DNA of 64,000 bases from Trichodelitschia bisporula (Eukaryota). Position numbers and translations under genes: made by a program. The notes beneath the pieces were generated by a model. It worked only from the letters and a program-made list of their open reading frames with translations, had not been told where the DNA came from and did no database searches. The stretch is from contig ML996703.1 of NCBI GenBank assembly GCA_010356995.1, positions 1 to 64,000 of the forward strand, read 5' to 3'. Shown piece after piece: positions 22,425-36,700 of the stretch. How positions within the stretch are numbered: the stretch's first letter is position 1; each line of letters opens with the position of its first letter.

Positions 22425-25400
22425 CTACTTCTTCAGCGCATCCCCTGTCCCCGCACCCCCTGCCGCACTATCATTCCTCGGCTTCTCCTCCCCCTTCCGC
22501 CGCCAAGTCCCCTCCTCCTTCTCCCCCAGACTAATCGCCGTAGGACTCTTCTCGAAATCAAACTTATCGCTAAGACGATAAGTTTTATTCGTCGTCTCCC
22601 AGTGCGTGCGCAGCGTCTCCAGCTCCGTTGCCAGGCTATCCAGTGCCGTCGAGCTGCGATCCCGCTCATGCCCCTTCGACACCCCAACACCGCCCGCCAA
22701 CCCAGCAGTAGGGAACGAGTGCGCGGACGGCGTGAGCTCGCCCGAGCCCGTGCTAGCGTTGTCGTCGTCGTGCGCATCCGTGGTTGTCGTGAAGATACTA
22801 TCGCCAGAAATAGACGCATGACCCTCACGTATGCCGTTCGCCGGCGCAGCGTGCGGGTCCACCCTGCTCTGGCGCCGGTAGTTGTCGACGCTGGACTCGA
22901 ACTGGTCGAGGAAGAGCTGGACCTTCTTTTCGGCATCCCTTGCGCGCTCCTCGAGAGCCGCGTTCTCGTGCCTTAGAGCATCTAGCTCCGAGCGAGCCCG
23001 CTCTGCGAACTGCATCATGCCGGACTCGTAGTCGCGCTGCGCGTTGGCGCGTTCCGCCTCTGACTTCTGCAGATTGGCCTTCAGCGCCGCGACCTGCGCC
23101 TCGAAGTTCGACACAGACGACTTGACGCTCTCCTGCATTTCGGCGACCTCCTTGCGGAGCGCCTCGCGCTCGGCCGCCCACTCCGCCGAAGCGTCTGTCT
23201 TCTGCTGCGCAATCTCTTTCTCCAGTTCTGTGTTGGCGGACTTCGTGCGTTGCAGCTCCTGCTTCATCTTGGACAGCAGCTTCTCCAGTCCCCGGACGTA
23301 CTTGACCGCACCCTGGTGGTCGTTGTCCAGCGCCATTAGCTTCTCCTCCCACTCACGCGAGACCTCCTGCTCACGCTGCTCATAGTTCTGCCGCAAGTCC
23401 TCGTGCGCCTTGAGACTCTCCTCCAGCTGGCGCTCCAGCTCGCGCACGCGTGTAAGGTCAGGGGTCCCATACCGCGAGCCCGGGCTCTCAAGGACGCGCG
23501 AGCGGCGCACATCGACAGGATTCACGCCGCGCTCCTCTAGCAGATTTTTGAGCGTCTTAAGCTGCACCTCCAGCGCATTGCTCTCCAGCATATTGCGCTC
23601 GAGGTGGCCCTGCATTTCGGCGCGGTCCGTCGCTGCAGCCTGTACTTCGCGCATAGCAACCTGTAGCTGCTTGCGGATATTCAGGTTCTCACGACTCGTC
23701 TGCTCCTGGTAGGCCTCGAGGCCGGCGATGCGCTCCTCGGCGCGGCGCAGCTTGTCGGCCGCCGTATCGGCCGCGTCCTTGGTCTTGCGCACTAGGGCGT
23801 TGGCGTCGTCGACTTGCTGCTGCAGGACAGCCACACGCTCGTCGGACACGCTGTCGTCGATAGTGCGGGCGGTCGCCACACCAAGCCCAGACAGGACGGC
23901 AGCGCGGTGCGTGCGCGCTTCCTCGGCATGCTTCTCCGCCATCTCTTCAGAGTCCTGTACGCGGCGGAGCGCAGAGTCGAGCTCAGCGGAGCGCTCCTCA
24001 TGTTCAGCCTTGAGGTGAGCGAGCTTCTGCTCGGCAGTGGAGCGCAGCGCGCGCTCCTCGTCCAGTTTGCGCTCGAGTAGCTCCGCCTTTCCTGACGACG
24101 CGTTGACGGCGTCGCGCAGAGTCTGGAGAATCTGCATGTGATTCTTCGTTTCGTCGACCAGCCTAGAATGCTTTGCGTCCAGCTCGGTCTTGTCCAGCTC
24201 CAGCATGCGCGACGATTGGACGGCCTGCGACGAGTTGGCCGCCTCCTCACGCGCGAGACGCTCCGCTTCGTGCAGCTCAGCCCGCAGGCTCTCGATTTCC
24301 GAAGACGTGCGCTGCTTGTAGGCCTCAAGCTCAGACACGCGCTTCTGTGACGCATCGGCAGTGTCCTCGGCGAGCAGACGCGCCCGTTTTTCCGACTCGA
24401 GTTCCGCCGCAAGGTGCTCCATCTTGACGGAGAGTTCGTTCTGCGCGAAAAGAGCCCCAGCGAGGCGACGGCTCATATCGTTGGCGCGGTCCAGATCCGG
24501 CGTAGCGTTTCCGGCCATGTCCAGCGGCGTGCCCTCGCGGCTCCCACCTCCGTGCGCAGCAAGCTTCGCCTTGGCATACGCGGCTTCGGCGATGGCAGTG
24601 TCACGCTGCTTCTCGATCTCGGCGATACGGACGGAGGTAGCGGCGGTTTGCGAATCGATCGACGCCTGCACACGCGCCACCTCGGCCTTCATGCGCAGCA
24701 GTGCCTCGATTAGCTGGCGGTCGTCGTCGTCAAACATGTCGGCGGCCTGTTGGTCGAGAATGGGGTTATTGGAAGCATTGGGCTGGTAGCCTGCCTTGCG
24801 CGCGAGCGCAAGTTCCGCAGCGTACCACGCGTTGCGGCTGCGGGCGGCGTCAAGCTCACGTGCCAGTTCGTCCACTTTCGAGAAGGTAGGCGACGGCTGT
24901 GGGATGGAATCGTTGCGCATAACCTCCTGCGACGGACGCGGCGTGCCACGGCCGGAGCTGTCGAGCGACTGCTGTCTACCAACGCGGGAGCTTGCACGTG
25001 AAGGACCGGAAGCGCTGGTTGCGCTGGTGGAGCGGACAGGATGCTCAACAACGGGTTGCACGGGTTGGTAAACGCCGTTAGGTTCGTGGGGAGATATGGG
25101 GGACACGTTTTCGCGGTCGTATGGCATGCTACGCGAAGTATCTATCGGGGGCGCCGGGCTCTTTGTTGGTGTCCGACTACGACTGTTGGACGGGCCGATG
25201 CCGTTTGCGCGCGGCTGCGGCGCCTGCTGCTGCGGCGGCGGGCCGGACGATTGGTTGTTGCGCGGTAGGCGGGACCCGCTGGCCTCCGGACCGCGCGAGC
25301 CGGCGACGGGAATGCCTGACTTCTGTTGGATGTTGCCCCGGTCATTGCTGAACTTGCGCACGGGCGGGCCGAGCGGCTGCGCTTGTGGTTGTTGCTGGTT

Positions 25401-27204
25401 TTGGGATTGCTGAAGCTGCTGGTTGATCTGCTCGCTAGGCGGGTAGCGGATCTTTGACGTGTCTAGCAGATAAGCAATACTCAACTCCGTCGCGTCCCGC
25501 GGCGCGGAGCTTGGCTCGCCCGCAAGAACTATGATGTGTTTCCCAACAGCGGTCATGCTGTGTCCCGAGCGTGGCGACGGCGACAGCCCCATGTTCTGGA
25601 ACATGTACCACCGCCGCGACGATATGCGGAAGGCAGCGAGATCGCCAAGGTCGGTGCCGTCTTGCACGCGGCCGCCAAAGATGTACATGGTATCGTTGAC
25701 GAGCGCGGCGGCGTGGCCTTCACGTGGCGCGGGGATGTAGCCGATGCAGTCGAGTTCAGACCACTGGTTCGTGCGCGGGTCGTACGTCCAGACATCGTTG
25801 AACCAACGAGCGCCGTCGGTGCCGCCGAAGCTGGCGATGGTCAGTTTGCACTATACGAAAAGAGAGAGAGCGTCGGAGACTCACAGGTAGAGTTTGTCCT
25901 GCCAGGTCACCACGCTGTGGTTCGTCCGCGGTGCCGGCACCGGCGACTTACCGTCGCCGCCGTTGGGAATCATCACTTCCCACCGGTTGCCCGCAATCTG
26001 CAGCGAGTTTAGGTCGAACGCGACTAGGTCGTTGAAGAAGTAGCCCTCAACCTGACCGCCAAAGATGTAGATCTTGGAGCCAAGTATGTTGAGCGTGTGC
26101 CCGTAGCGGCCGGCTGGCCGTGGTCCTGCCGGCGAGGCGCGCGACCATTGCTTCGTAGCTGGGCTGTTAGCGACGCCGACCATAAATGGACACACCTACC
26201 AGTGTTGAGCAGGTACAGCGTGTCATCGAGCGGATCGTTATCCTCCATCTTGGTGTCACCGCCAAAGACAATGAAGGCATTGCCGACAAGCAGACTCGCA
26301 TGGCCCACGCGGGGCCCCGGCCCCTCGGCGGTTGTGTTCACCGGGAAGCAGGACATGTTACCATTGCTGACGTCCACCATCCACAGGTCGCCTTTGACCA
26401 TCTGGCTGTTGACGAGGCCACCCATCATGTAAATCCAGCCCTCTTTCGACGCTGTCGCATTGACGGCTGCGCCGTAGCGGGGGAAGGGTGAACCGCCGGA
26501 TAGGTTGAGGCGCCGCTGCGACCACGGGTATGGCGACTCGCCGGTAGGCGTACCGCCGCCGCGCATCGAGTTGCTGCGCGAACCCTGGAGCAGGAGGGTC
26601 AGCTTTCTGTAGAGTGGCATATTGGAGTAGACAGGAGAGTGTAGTGTAAGATATGCGGGTGGGAACATGGGGAATGGAGGTAAACCGTCAAGTGAGAAAT
26701 GAAGGTACAGGTGCGAGCAAGTAGAGTGAGCAGATGAACAGAGCGCATGAGCAAGCTGGAACGCCGAGACGATGTCGTCGACCGTCGCCGTGACGATGCC
26801 AGAACACGCATCAAACGCTTCAACCCGACTCGCATCCATTCATCCCATCTCGTCCACTTGTCCCAGGACCCTTATCCCAAGCTATTTATCCCACCTCACT
26901 CCTGCGTTCACCCACACCATGGATATGAACGTACATTTAGGTCTGACTCGGCGCGTGCCCGCATCAACTTCCCCGGCTCAACCACACTCGCGTCGAGCGA
27001 GTTCACGGAATTGTTCACGCTGGCTGGCGCCGGCACCTGTGATTGCAACGTTCCCCGGCGCTCGATGCCGTCTCGCGGGCCAGCGAAGCCATTTGCCGTA
27101 GGAATGCGCGAGTCCGGCCCGCCTGAGGAAGTAATGTCGCGCGTCGCAGCCGGGAGCGCGTTGCTCTGATTCTTTTTCGATTTGCCGAAGCCTAGGAAGG
27201 ACAT
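22425..27204 (-). CDS. tea1: Kelch-repeat plus long coiled-coil cell-end marker, Tea1/TeaA/Kel1, 4 exons
   Basis: Exons 27204-26935, 26584-26200, 26158-25885, 25830-22425. Kelch repeats (PFPRYGAA, PGPRVGHAS, PAGRYGHT, PAPRTNHS, PREGHAA, PSPRSGHS); coiled coil; C-terminal LDSLATELETLRTHWE. Confidence 0.95.
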
Positions 27205-29562
27205 GGTGACGGATGCGCCCCAGCGACGGGAACGTCAGATGTACTGGGATAGCCGTCGACCACGAACATCCAGCGACGGCTATGGATACCGGCGAGATAA
27301 ACGGGAATGGAGAGGCTGGGACTGGCTGAACGGGCAAGATGGGTTGAGTTGGGCGGAATGTCGTGTGCGGGTCATCCGACGCATGCTCCGCGCGCGATGC
27401 GGGGCGGTGGAGACGATAGGAGCGATTCGACGACGAGAAGGATGGGTGAGTAAAAGGTATTGCAAGATGGTGGTGCTGAAGATGGAGTGGTTGTGGTCGT
27501 GTTTTGGGTGAGAAGGGAAGATTGTTGGTAGGGGAGGATTTCTGAAACTCGAGAGGAGAGAGAGAGAGGAGGTCGGTGCCGTAGAGGCTCCAAGTTCCCT
27601 CAAGCCACACCTCCCTGCAGTCGCGCACTTTTGGACAGGAGGGAGAAAGTAGAGAGGGCGGGGGGGTGGCGGGGGTTGTACACTACTGCAAGAATTCTTT
27701 TTGTTCACCAGTCGCCCATGAAGTTAAAGGATGCAAAAGCTTCAGGCAGAGCGGTAAACCGACAACCGGGAATTTAATCAAGTAGTATATTAGGATACTG
27801 GAGAGCAAGAGTCGAAGCTCAAGTGCTCAGCTACTGCTTACCATAGCTATGGTTAGGGTCCAAAGTATATTGTGGTAGTATGGCATCTTCTCCGACTCCA
27901 CAGAAACACATCTCCCCCTCCATCGGTTCATGTGCGGAGACTGATGAGGCGTTGATCGGGTCCCGTTTCCATTTGTAGTCTCGGAGTAGGATATTTTATC
28001 CGTTCTCTACGGATTTACAGCCTAGTTCTACTGTTCCCTTTCTCTGCCTGTCGAAGTTACCTTTTCCTGCGTCTCCATTCGCATCGCATCTTGCATCTTG
28101 CAGTCAAGACTGCCAGCGCGCCCAGCGCTCGTTCTGCCCCTGAGCCATTGAAGATCTTCCCGCCCGTCGCGTTGCCCCCAGCCGCCCCCCCCCCCTTCTC
28201 TCCCACTTCTCCCACTTGCGACTTGCCCTCTTCCATTCCAAGTTCCAACGCCATGCATGTCCAAGTGCGCTTCTTGATAGGCGGACTACACGCCGCCCGC
28301 GGTACCTCTCCCTCGGTCACTCCCAATCGCGCTCCCAATCGCGGCATTGCCACTGGTTGCTGCGCAGATGGCCTTGCGACGTCGGTCATGCGCCGTTGGT
28401 GATGATAGGAATTGTGCTGAACTGAAGAACAACGGGCCAAATTTAGCAATGAAGATCTGAACGGGTGATAGGAAGGCAGTGTTAAGGACAGTCATGGCTG
28501 TTCGGTGCACCCGTTTGCCGGTGGAAGGACCTTGGCTGGTGTTGAGGCAAAAATACGGCTGACGACAAGGGAGAAATGGTCGTGAAGCATCACCAGTAAC
28601 ATGGTGAGAAGCGAGCAGAGCACAAGAGGTGACGTGAGGAACGCTTAAGAGCTGAAGAGTCTATTTCGAAACTCGAGGTCAACCCAAGCCGGGTGCACAG
28701 CTAGCCTCGTATTTGTCTTTGTGGACTCTATGTCGTAAAGCCATCTTGGAGACCTGAACAAGTTATATGGTCCGTACGACTTGATAAATAGCCGTAAATC
28801 ACCACCGTCATCATTCGCGATATCGCTTGTACAGCTTAAACTACGGATATGACAGAACCTAGATCAGCATACCTTGACCTATTCTTCTGTTTGGTACTGG
28901 CATTTGATGAAGTCGTATGCGGGCGTGGTCGTGGTTCACAAACCGGTCGGCTCCGCACATCACGGCAAGGGCTCTTTGTTCGAGAGACGGCGCTCAAATG
29001 GCGAGCGCCTAATACCTTGTGTACCGCGATGCGGACAAGCTGTGGAGGAAGGAGTGGAATCTCACAGTCTCGCAGTGCTGTTTGACATATCCGTTGGTGA
29101 TTGTGGTTGTTCTGCTGCTGTATTGCTGTCGTCATTCCTTCCTCGGTCTGGGCTTCCTTCGGCCTTCCCTCGCATATTGCTGCCTGATTGCGTCCTGGGC
29201 CTGAGCGTTGGCCATCGACGGTGCCCGTGCGGTGGTGTTGATCGGCAGGCTCCAGCACCAACACCAAGGCTCAACACTACGGCGTCACACTGCACTCCAC
29301 TTGCAACTAACGCATCTGCAGCACTCTCCTTCTGCCAACCCCACCATCTATCGTGCGCCATCTCTTGCACTCTTCGGCGCATAATGAGCAACCCCACCCT
29401 GTAATCGCCGTTTGTAGCCGCTTCACCGAGACCACCCACGCCGCTCACCGGCATCCCACGACCGCCGCATCAATCACCGCGACGACCGTGGAACACAAAT
29501 CCCAACTCCAACTTCAACCCTACCACAACCACGACCACTACCACCACCTCCATGCGCCCACA

Positions 29563-32500
29563 ATGACGATGCTCGCTCCACGGCCGAAAGGCCCCCAGCC
29601 CGTGCTCGAGCTCGCCGACGACTCTGACAGCCACTCCGACAAACGCCCCAGCAGCGCGCCCCGCCCCGATGCGCCGCCGCCGCTGAACCGCAGCTCGACT
29701 CACCACGACGACCCGCGCCGCGCGCGTGCAGCCGTCAGCCGTCCTGGCCTCCAGCGCGCAAGAAGCGACTTCTCCCCCCTCAACGCCTCCAGGGACGACA
29801 CCGATAGCAAGGCTTCGGAGGGCGAGTGGGGCATCCGCCACGGGTTCGAGACGCAGCTCGTCTCTGAAGAGTACAACCGCTTGCTCAACTCCAACTTCTT
29901 CCTCTACTTCACCGACAAGAAGCATGATACCAGTGGGAACCCCAAGGGCGACGCGTATCCGCTCCAGGAATGGCGCATGCGCGACCGCCTCAAGACGGTG
30001 TCAGCCGTGCTGGCTCTCTGCCTCAATATCGGCGTTGACCCGCCTGATGTCATCAAGACGAACCCAAGCTCAAAGCTCGAGTGCTGGGTTGACCCGACTT
30101 CGGCGAGCGGCGCTGGAGGCAACCTGCCCCTGAACTCCATCGGCAAGGCGCTGCAGAGCCAGTACGAGCAGCTTAGTATGCGCACGCGTTATAAGCTCTG
30201 CCTCGATCCGACTGTCGATGAAACGCGTCGCTACACATCCACGCTGCGCCGTAACGCACGCAACGAACGCGTACTCTTTCACTACAATGGACATGGAGTC
30301 CCAAAGCCGACGCCGTCGGGCGAGATCTGGGTCTTCAACCGCAACTACACGCAATACATCCCCATCTCGCTCTATGACCTGCAGACGTGGATCGGCGCGC
30401 CGTCGCTTTTTGTCTACGATTGCTCAGAGGCTGGCCTGATCATTCAGAACTTCCTCAAGTTCGCCGAGAAGCATGAGACCGAAAACCTCGAGATCCGGCG
30501 CCGTGACCCGACAGCCGAGATCATGGATTTTGCCGACTGCATCCACCTCGCCGCTTGTCGCGAGAAGGAGACGCTCCCCACTAATCCGGACCTGCCTGCT
30601 GACGTTTTTACGTCATGTCTCACCACCCCCATCGACATGGCGGTCCGCTTCTTCATTCTGCAGAACCCCCTCCAGAGCAGCATCACCCTCCAGGACGCGT
30701 CCAGTATCCCCGGCCGCGTGTCCGAGCGACGTACCCCAATCGGCGAGCTGAACTGGATCTTCACGGCGATTACTGACACCATCGCGTGGAACTCACTTCC
30801 GAAGCACCTCTTCAAGAAGCTGTTCCGTCAAGACCTGATGGTGGCAGCGCTCTTCCGAAATTACCTGCTCGCGCAGCGCATCATGCGCGTGTACCACTGC
30901 CACCCGCAGTGTCACCCTGAGATCCCTCAGACTCACGACCACCCCCTCTGGCGTAGCTGGGACCTTGCTGTGGAGATGATCCTTTCGCAGCTGCCAGACC
31001 TGCTCGCGCACGAGCGCGGCGAGAAGCACTACGAGTACCAGCACTCTAACTTCTTCGCCGAGCAGCTGACCGCGTTCGAGGTCTACCTTTCCCAAGGGGC
31101 GGCTGAGAAGAAGAATCCCGAGCAGCTGCCCGTCGTGCTGCAGGTGCTGCTCAGCCAGGTGCACCGCTTGCGCGCGCTCATCCTACTCAGCAAGTTTCTT
31201 GATCTCGGCCCGTGGGCTGTCAACCTTGCGCTCAGTATCGGCATCTTCCCGTACGTGCTCAAACTGCTGCAGTCACAGGCGATTGAGCTCAAGCCGGTCA
31301 TGGTCTTCATCTGGGCGCGCATCCTCGCCGTGGACCAGTCGTGCCAGACGGACTTACTGAAGGACAACGGCTACCAATACTTTGTGCACATTTTAAACCC
31401 GACGTCCGGGATGCCAGTGGGTAACGCGAGTGAGCACCGCGCGATGTGCGCCTTCATCATCGCGATGTTTTGCAAAGACTACCCCCAAGGCCAGAACGTT
31501 CTCCAGAACTCTGACCTCATCGAAAGCTGCCTCGCGCACCTTGGCGACCTGCAGAACCCGCTACTGCGCCAATGGTGCTGTCTCTGCATCAGCATGCTGT
31601 GGGTGGACTGCCCACCGAACAAGTGGACGGGTGTCAAATGCCTTGCGCACCAGCGCCTGTGCGATCTCGTCTTCGACCCGGTGCCCGAGGTGCGCGCTGC
31701 TATGCTCGTCGCTTTGACTACATTCCTCGGCATCCCGGACCTGACTCCGCAAGTCGCGCAGATCGAGGAGTCAATTGCGGCCATGGTATTGATTCTGGCG
31801 ACTGACGGCAACGCCATTGTGCGCAAAGAGCTCCTTGTCTTCTTTTCGACCTTTATCGTGCGCTACGAGAACCGCTTCCTCGTTGCTGCGTACGAGCACA
31901 TTCAGGAAGAGAAAGGAAACTACAACCGTCCTCCCGAGGAGGGTGACCCGCTGTCGAAGCGCCCACAGTCGTCCGCTGGCAGCGAAGACCGGCCGGAGGG
32001 CATCGCATCGCACACGGTGTTTGCCGCCATCTGGAAGCAGGTGCTTGTCATGTCCGTAGACCCGCACCCTGAAATCGCCCAGAACGGTGCTGTCGTCGTC
32101 GACTGCGTCATGGGCCGGCTGATCGCGTCTGAGCTCGGCCCGCTGGTTAACCCCTTCATCAACACGATCCGTCGCACCCCGACGCCGTCGTCGTCGCGCT
32201 CATCGTACGTTGAGGTCCACCAGCCCGAGCGCTCGCAGCCGCCGACGCCACCGACGCCATCCAGGCCGGAAGGCTACCTCACGGCGAGCCTCAAGCGGAC
32301 CGCTAGTGTGGCAGCATCCATAAAGAATCTAGCATTTGGCTCGTCGCCGGAACCTCCCCGCAGCCTCAGTGCCCTCCGCATGGACCGCGGACCGCGCAAG
32401 TCTGGCGACTGGAACCGGCCGCCTGACGAGAAAGACCCGCACCACAGTGTTTCGACGTACCCGCCGCTCAAAACGCCAACCACGAAGTTCTTCCACCCGC

Positions 32501-33828
32501 GCGACCCCAAGGAAGCACAAATCCCGCTACCGAGTCAGTTCTATGATTGGTCTGTCGAGTATTTCCGTGAGCCGCAGATGAAGCCTAACGAGGCGGACGA
32601 GCCCGGCAGCACGGACTACAACGAACGGCTCTGGCGGCGCAACCGCAACGACCGCATTATCGCTAAGACCCAGCCGCAGAAGGAGATGGCGGGGAGCAAC
32701 CCGTGGGACAAGAGCAAGGCGTTCCTGAACAATGGCACGCAGCCGATGAAGATGTGTTTCCACCAGTTTGAGGAGCACCTCATTATCACGGATGACCGTG
32801 ACGGTGTCAATGTGTGGGACTGGAAGAAGCAGGCGCGGCTTAACCGCTTCTCTAACGGCAACCCGGCACGCTCGCGCATTACAGAGGTGCGGCTGATCAA
32901 TGAGGACGACCAGGCGATGCTTATGACGGGATCGTCGGATGGTGTGATCAAGGTGTTCCGCAACTACGAGTCGCAGCAGGACGTTGAGTTGGTGACGTCG
33001 TTTCGCGCGCTCACGGATCTGGAACCGAGCAACAAGAGCGCCGGTCTGGTGTTTGACTGGCAGCAGAGCCGAGGCATGATTCTGGTGGCGGGCGATGTGC
33101 GCAGCATCCGGGTGTGGAATGCAGGGACAGAAGTGTGCACGGCAGTAAGTTCCCCCCCCCTTCGATACCAACCAAGCTAACCCCCCCAGGACATCAACGC
33201 CCGCTCCGGCTCTCCCATCACATCCCTCACCTCAGACCAAGTGGAAGGCCACCTCTTCGCCGCCGGCTTCGGCGACGGTGCGCTCCGCCTCTACGACCAG
33301 CGCGAGAAGCCCCAGACCGCCATGATCCAGGTTTGGAAGGAGCACAAGAGCTGGATTACGAATGTGCATCTGCAGCGCGGGGGGCAGCGCGAGTTAGTCT
33401 CCGCGTGTCGTAACGGCGAGGTCAAGTTGTGGGATATGCGCATGGAGAAGTCACTACGCACGATCCGCGCGACGGGCGACACGCTGCGCTCGCTGAGTGT
33501 GCATGAGCACGCGCCTGTGTTTGCGGTTGGGACGGACCGACATGTCGTCAAGGTGTTTAGCATGATGAGTTCGGCGGCGGCGAGTGGGGTTGTTGGGACC
33601 GATGGCGGGATGCTGTCCGTGCCGCATGAGCAGAAGCCTGGCAAGATTCGTGGTCTGCTGAGCCAGTTCGAGCCCTACAGTGGTTTCTTGAATCCGGGTC
33701 GGGGGAGCCCGATTGCGACGACGGCGTTCCATCCGCATCGGATGATGGTTGCGGGGAGTGCGTGGGGGGATACGCATGTTAATATCTACTCGTGTCGGGG
33801 GCGGAAGGAGAAGGCGTGGGAGGGTTAG
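29563..33828 (+). CDS. KOG1: TORC1 subunit Raptor/Kog1/Mip1, 2 exons
   Basis: Raptor N-terminal motifs WRMRDRLKTVSA, CLNIGVDPPD, LFHYNGHGVPKPT, LFRQDLMVA; HEAT repeats; WD40 C-terminus. Intron 33145-33189. Confidence 0.98.
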
Positions 33829-34615
33829 GGTTAGGGGATGGGAGGGCGTGCATTGGCATTGCGTTTGATATGGCGTTTTGTGGGTTAGAGGTTCGGCACT
33901 TTCGGCCTTGGACAAGGGCATTTTGCTATCGGGTTTCATGGTTGATGTTGCATTGCTTGCACGAGTGGATCTGCCTGGTCGTTGTTCGCGTCGAACGATG
34001 ATTGCGGGGCGGGTGATTGGGACAGTTATGTAGTTTTAATGCACTAATGACTTGCTTTACCCTCTCGTTATGGCTTTTCTGGTGGTTGTGAGGTTGTGGT
34101 GTGTCCGTCTGCGATTCTGGTCGTAAGTGCATATCACGACTCGTATACGCTCAGATGGTCATGTAGGCAAGAAGAGCATTCCACTCTTGGGAAGACACGT
34201 GATGAAATACTCATCGGCGAGCCTGATGCGGGTATGGAAGGAGAATACAGTATGATGTAATGCGAGTATGATAGAAGGAAGGAGCAAAGGAGGATACTTG
34301 GCATAGTCTATTTAATCTCAAGAGCCTCTCACTCTCGTCCTCTCTTTGTCTTCTACTTCAATCTTCAGTTTACACAGATGGTTTCCTGTGAACGAGCCTT
34401 GCTCCCATCTGAGCTAAGGTTCACGACCTCTCGGATGGCCCAAGGGGGTCCGTGCCTCCCTTAGCCGTACCCGTAAGGCTGAAGGACCGGGAGAATATTG
34501 ATCCGGACAGCGTGGTGCTTGGGATTGGCGCGTCATAGCTTTGCGGAACTGATGCTTCCTCCTCCAAACATCTACGGATTACACGCTTGCAACCGTTCCT
34601 TAGCCCTTTCTGACC

Positions 34616-35999
34616 ATGTCTGTCAAGAGGAAACACGGCATGGGCGGCCATGGGCCTCTCAAGCGTCGCGGTGCGATACTTTATGACCGCGGCGAGGACC
34701 GCATCCCCGACGAGGAACGCGACCCCAATGCACCGCGGAGCAACTCCGCATTCCCCCTCTACCACGGCCCCGGCGCTGATGATGAGACATTCGATGCTTT
34801 TGAGTATCTGCAGCGTGTCCGGTAAGCTCCCACCACTCTGTCTTTAACCGCGCTAACACCCCTCCAGAAATGAGGCGAAGAAGATTCCACACATTCTCAC
34901 TGCGCCGAAGCCGTCTACCGTGGTGCCGGGCGACGATATCGGGCCGCGCGGGCGGTGCGCGGACGGTGCGTACATTGGGGTAGGGGAAGACTTCGACACT
35001 GGTGAAGACACGAGCCCGATGACGCCCGTCGAGGCGTGCCGGCTGCGGATGCTACAGCTCTTCCGTGCGCAGCGCGCGGCGCTGCGGAGGCCGCTTCCAC
35101 CTGGTGCGATCGAGGCTCTGGGACCGGATCAGCCAATCCACATTCCTAGCAGACTGAAGGCGGCTCGACAAACCTGGTGGTGGATGTTTAAGACGCGGGC
35201 GCCCACGCGGGTTCAACTTGCGGCTATGGATAAGATGAGCGTGTTGAAGGCACTTGGGATGATACGCGAGCATCTCAAGAGGCATCGGAATGTGGGGAGG
35301 CCGGTTAGTCAGTGGGTTTGGGGACTGCTGGCGAGGATGGAGGATGTGGGGTGTTTGGGGTCGGAGGAGGTGGCTGTTGTGAGGGAGTTGGCGAAGGCGG
35401 CAGACTGGGTAAGGCATGGGTTTGCGGTTGGGAAGCCGGGGGTGAAGGAGGATGAGGTGGTGGAAGATGAGGCGGTGGAAGATGATGCGGTGGAAGAGGA
35501 GGCGATGGAAGAGAAGGAGACTGAGACGGAGCTGATTGTCGAGGACGAGCCGAACGTACCTGTCGCAGTCGTCGAAGGTGAGCGGAGACCGGACCCTGTG
35601 TACGACCACCGCAACACCTCAAGCCCGATCTCTGAGGAGGGCCCGCAGCATGGCGCTGAAACCCTGGAAGCTGCCAAAGCACGTCTCCTCGGCAATCTGT
35701 CCTCCAGTAGCCAAAACAAGGGCAACGGACCTGGAGACAGCGAGGCAGGCACGGAAGAGTACGAACCTGAACCCTGGACCAACGGCGATCTCGGCGCTCA
35801 AACCGCAGCCGCCGGCACTTCGACTGGCGACATTGACGACGACACGGATGACGACGATACCTCCACAATGCCGAACCGAAACACACGCGCAACTATTGAT
35901 ATGATCCTACTTGTTGTGGGTGTGATGTATGGGCAGCGGGACTTGCTGCCTGGGTGGGGTGTTTGGGGCGGGAAGAAGGGCCGCGGGTTTGATGCGTAA
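34616..35999 (+). CDS. Gemin2/Brr1 (SMN-interacting)-like snRNP biogenesis protein, 2 exons
   Basis: Intron 34822-34867 gives AFEYLQRVRNEAKKIPHI; also SQWVWGLLA...VRELAK and C-terminal IDMILLVVGVMYGQRDLL, which match Gemin2-family motifs. Confidence 0.75.
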
Positions 36000-36700
36000 A
36001 TGAGTGCTGGGATTGAGGTAGGAGGCTGAACAGACTTTTGTTCGCGGCACAATCTACCGAGCTGTTGATCCCAAGTGCGAGTAAGTACCCAAAAGCGTAA
36101 CGTGAGACAGATGACCACCAACTCCAAAAACCAGACACAGTAAGCCCAAGCTGAAAACAGGCATAAGACACGGCTTAACCCTCCAAAATAACCAGATATC
36201 CAACCTAAATCAAATCACTTTCCACCGAGCTAACAACTCCACTGAAATTTAACCACCTCTCCCCAAGCTGCCCCGCGCATACAGTACAGCCGGCCGGCAA
36301 GCGCCATCCTCGCCGCACGGCGCGGACCGGGCGAGGCCCCCAGCAGGGTTCCCATTCTCCATCCATCCCGCATACGGCATCCCTCGACATCCCAGTCTTC
36401 GGCATCGGCAACTGGGCCGTGGCGGTACGTCCGGCGTGTCTCACCCACGCGGCTAGGCGGCGTTTTGCCGAGTAGCGCGCGTTGCGTCCGGGCCGTGACC
36501 GGTTTACTTAAAGGGAAAGGCAGGAATCGGTTGATAACGGATGGTGGGGAGGTGGGGGGTGGGAGACAGGCGCGCATAAGGACGGAATGGAGAGAAACAC
36601 GAAGCAGATTACATTCCGCGCAGCCCTTTTCCTACAGTAACTACGGTCCCATTCGGTGATATCCATCCAGCTCCCTAACGCCCTGTACCGGTCTTCGTGC

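Noticed and set aside
5321..33828. SLMAP, Tea1 and KOG1 as a signalling gene cluster
   Set aside because: Separated by unrelated genes; no evidence beyond proximity.
33822..33836. Telomere-like GGGTTAGGGTTAGGG overlapping the KOG1 stop codon
   Set aside because: Only 2.5 units within a G-rich 3' end; expected by chance, and no subtelomeric context.
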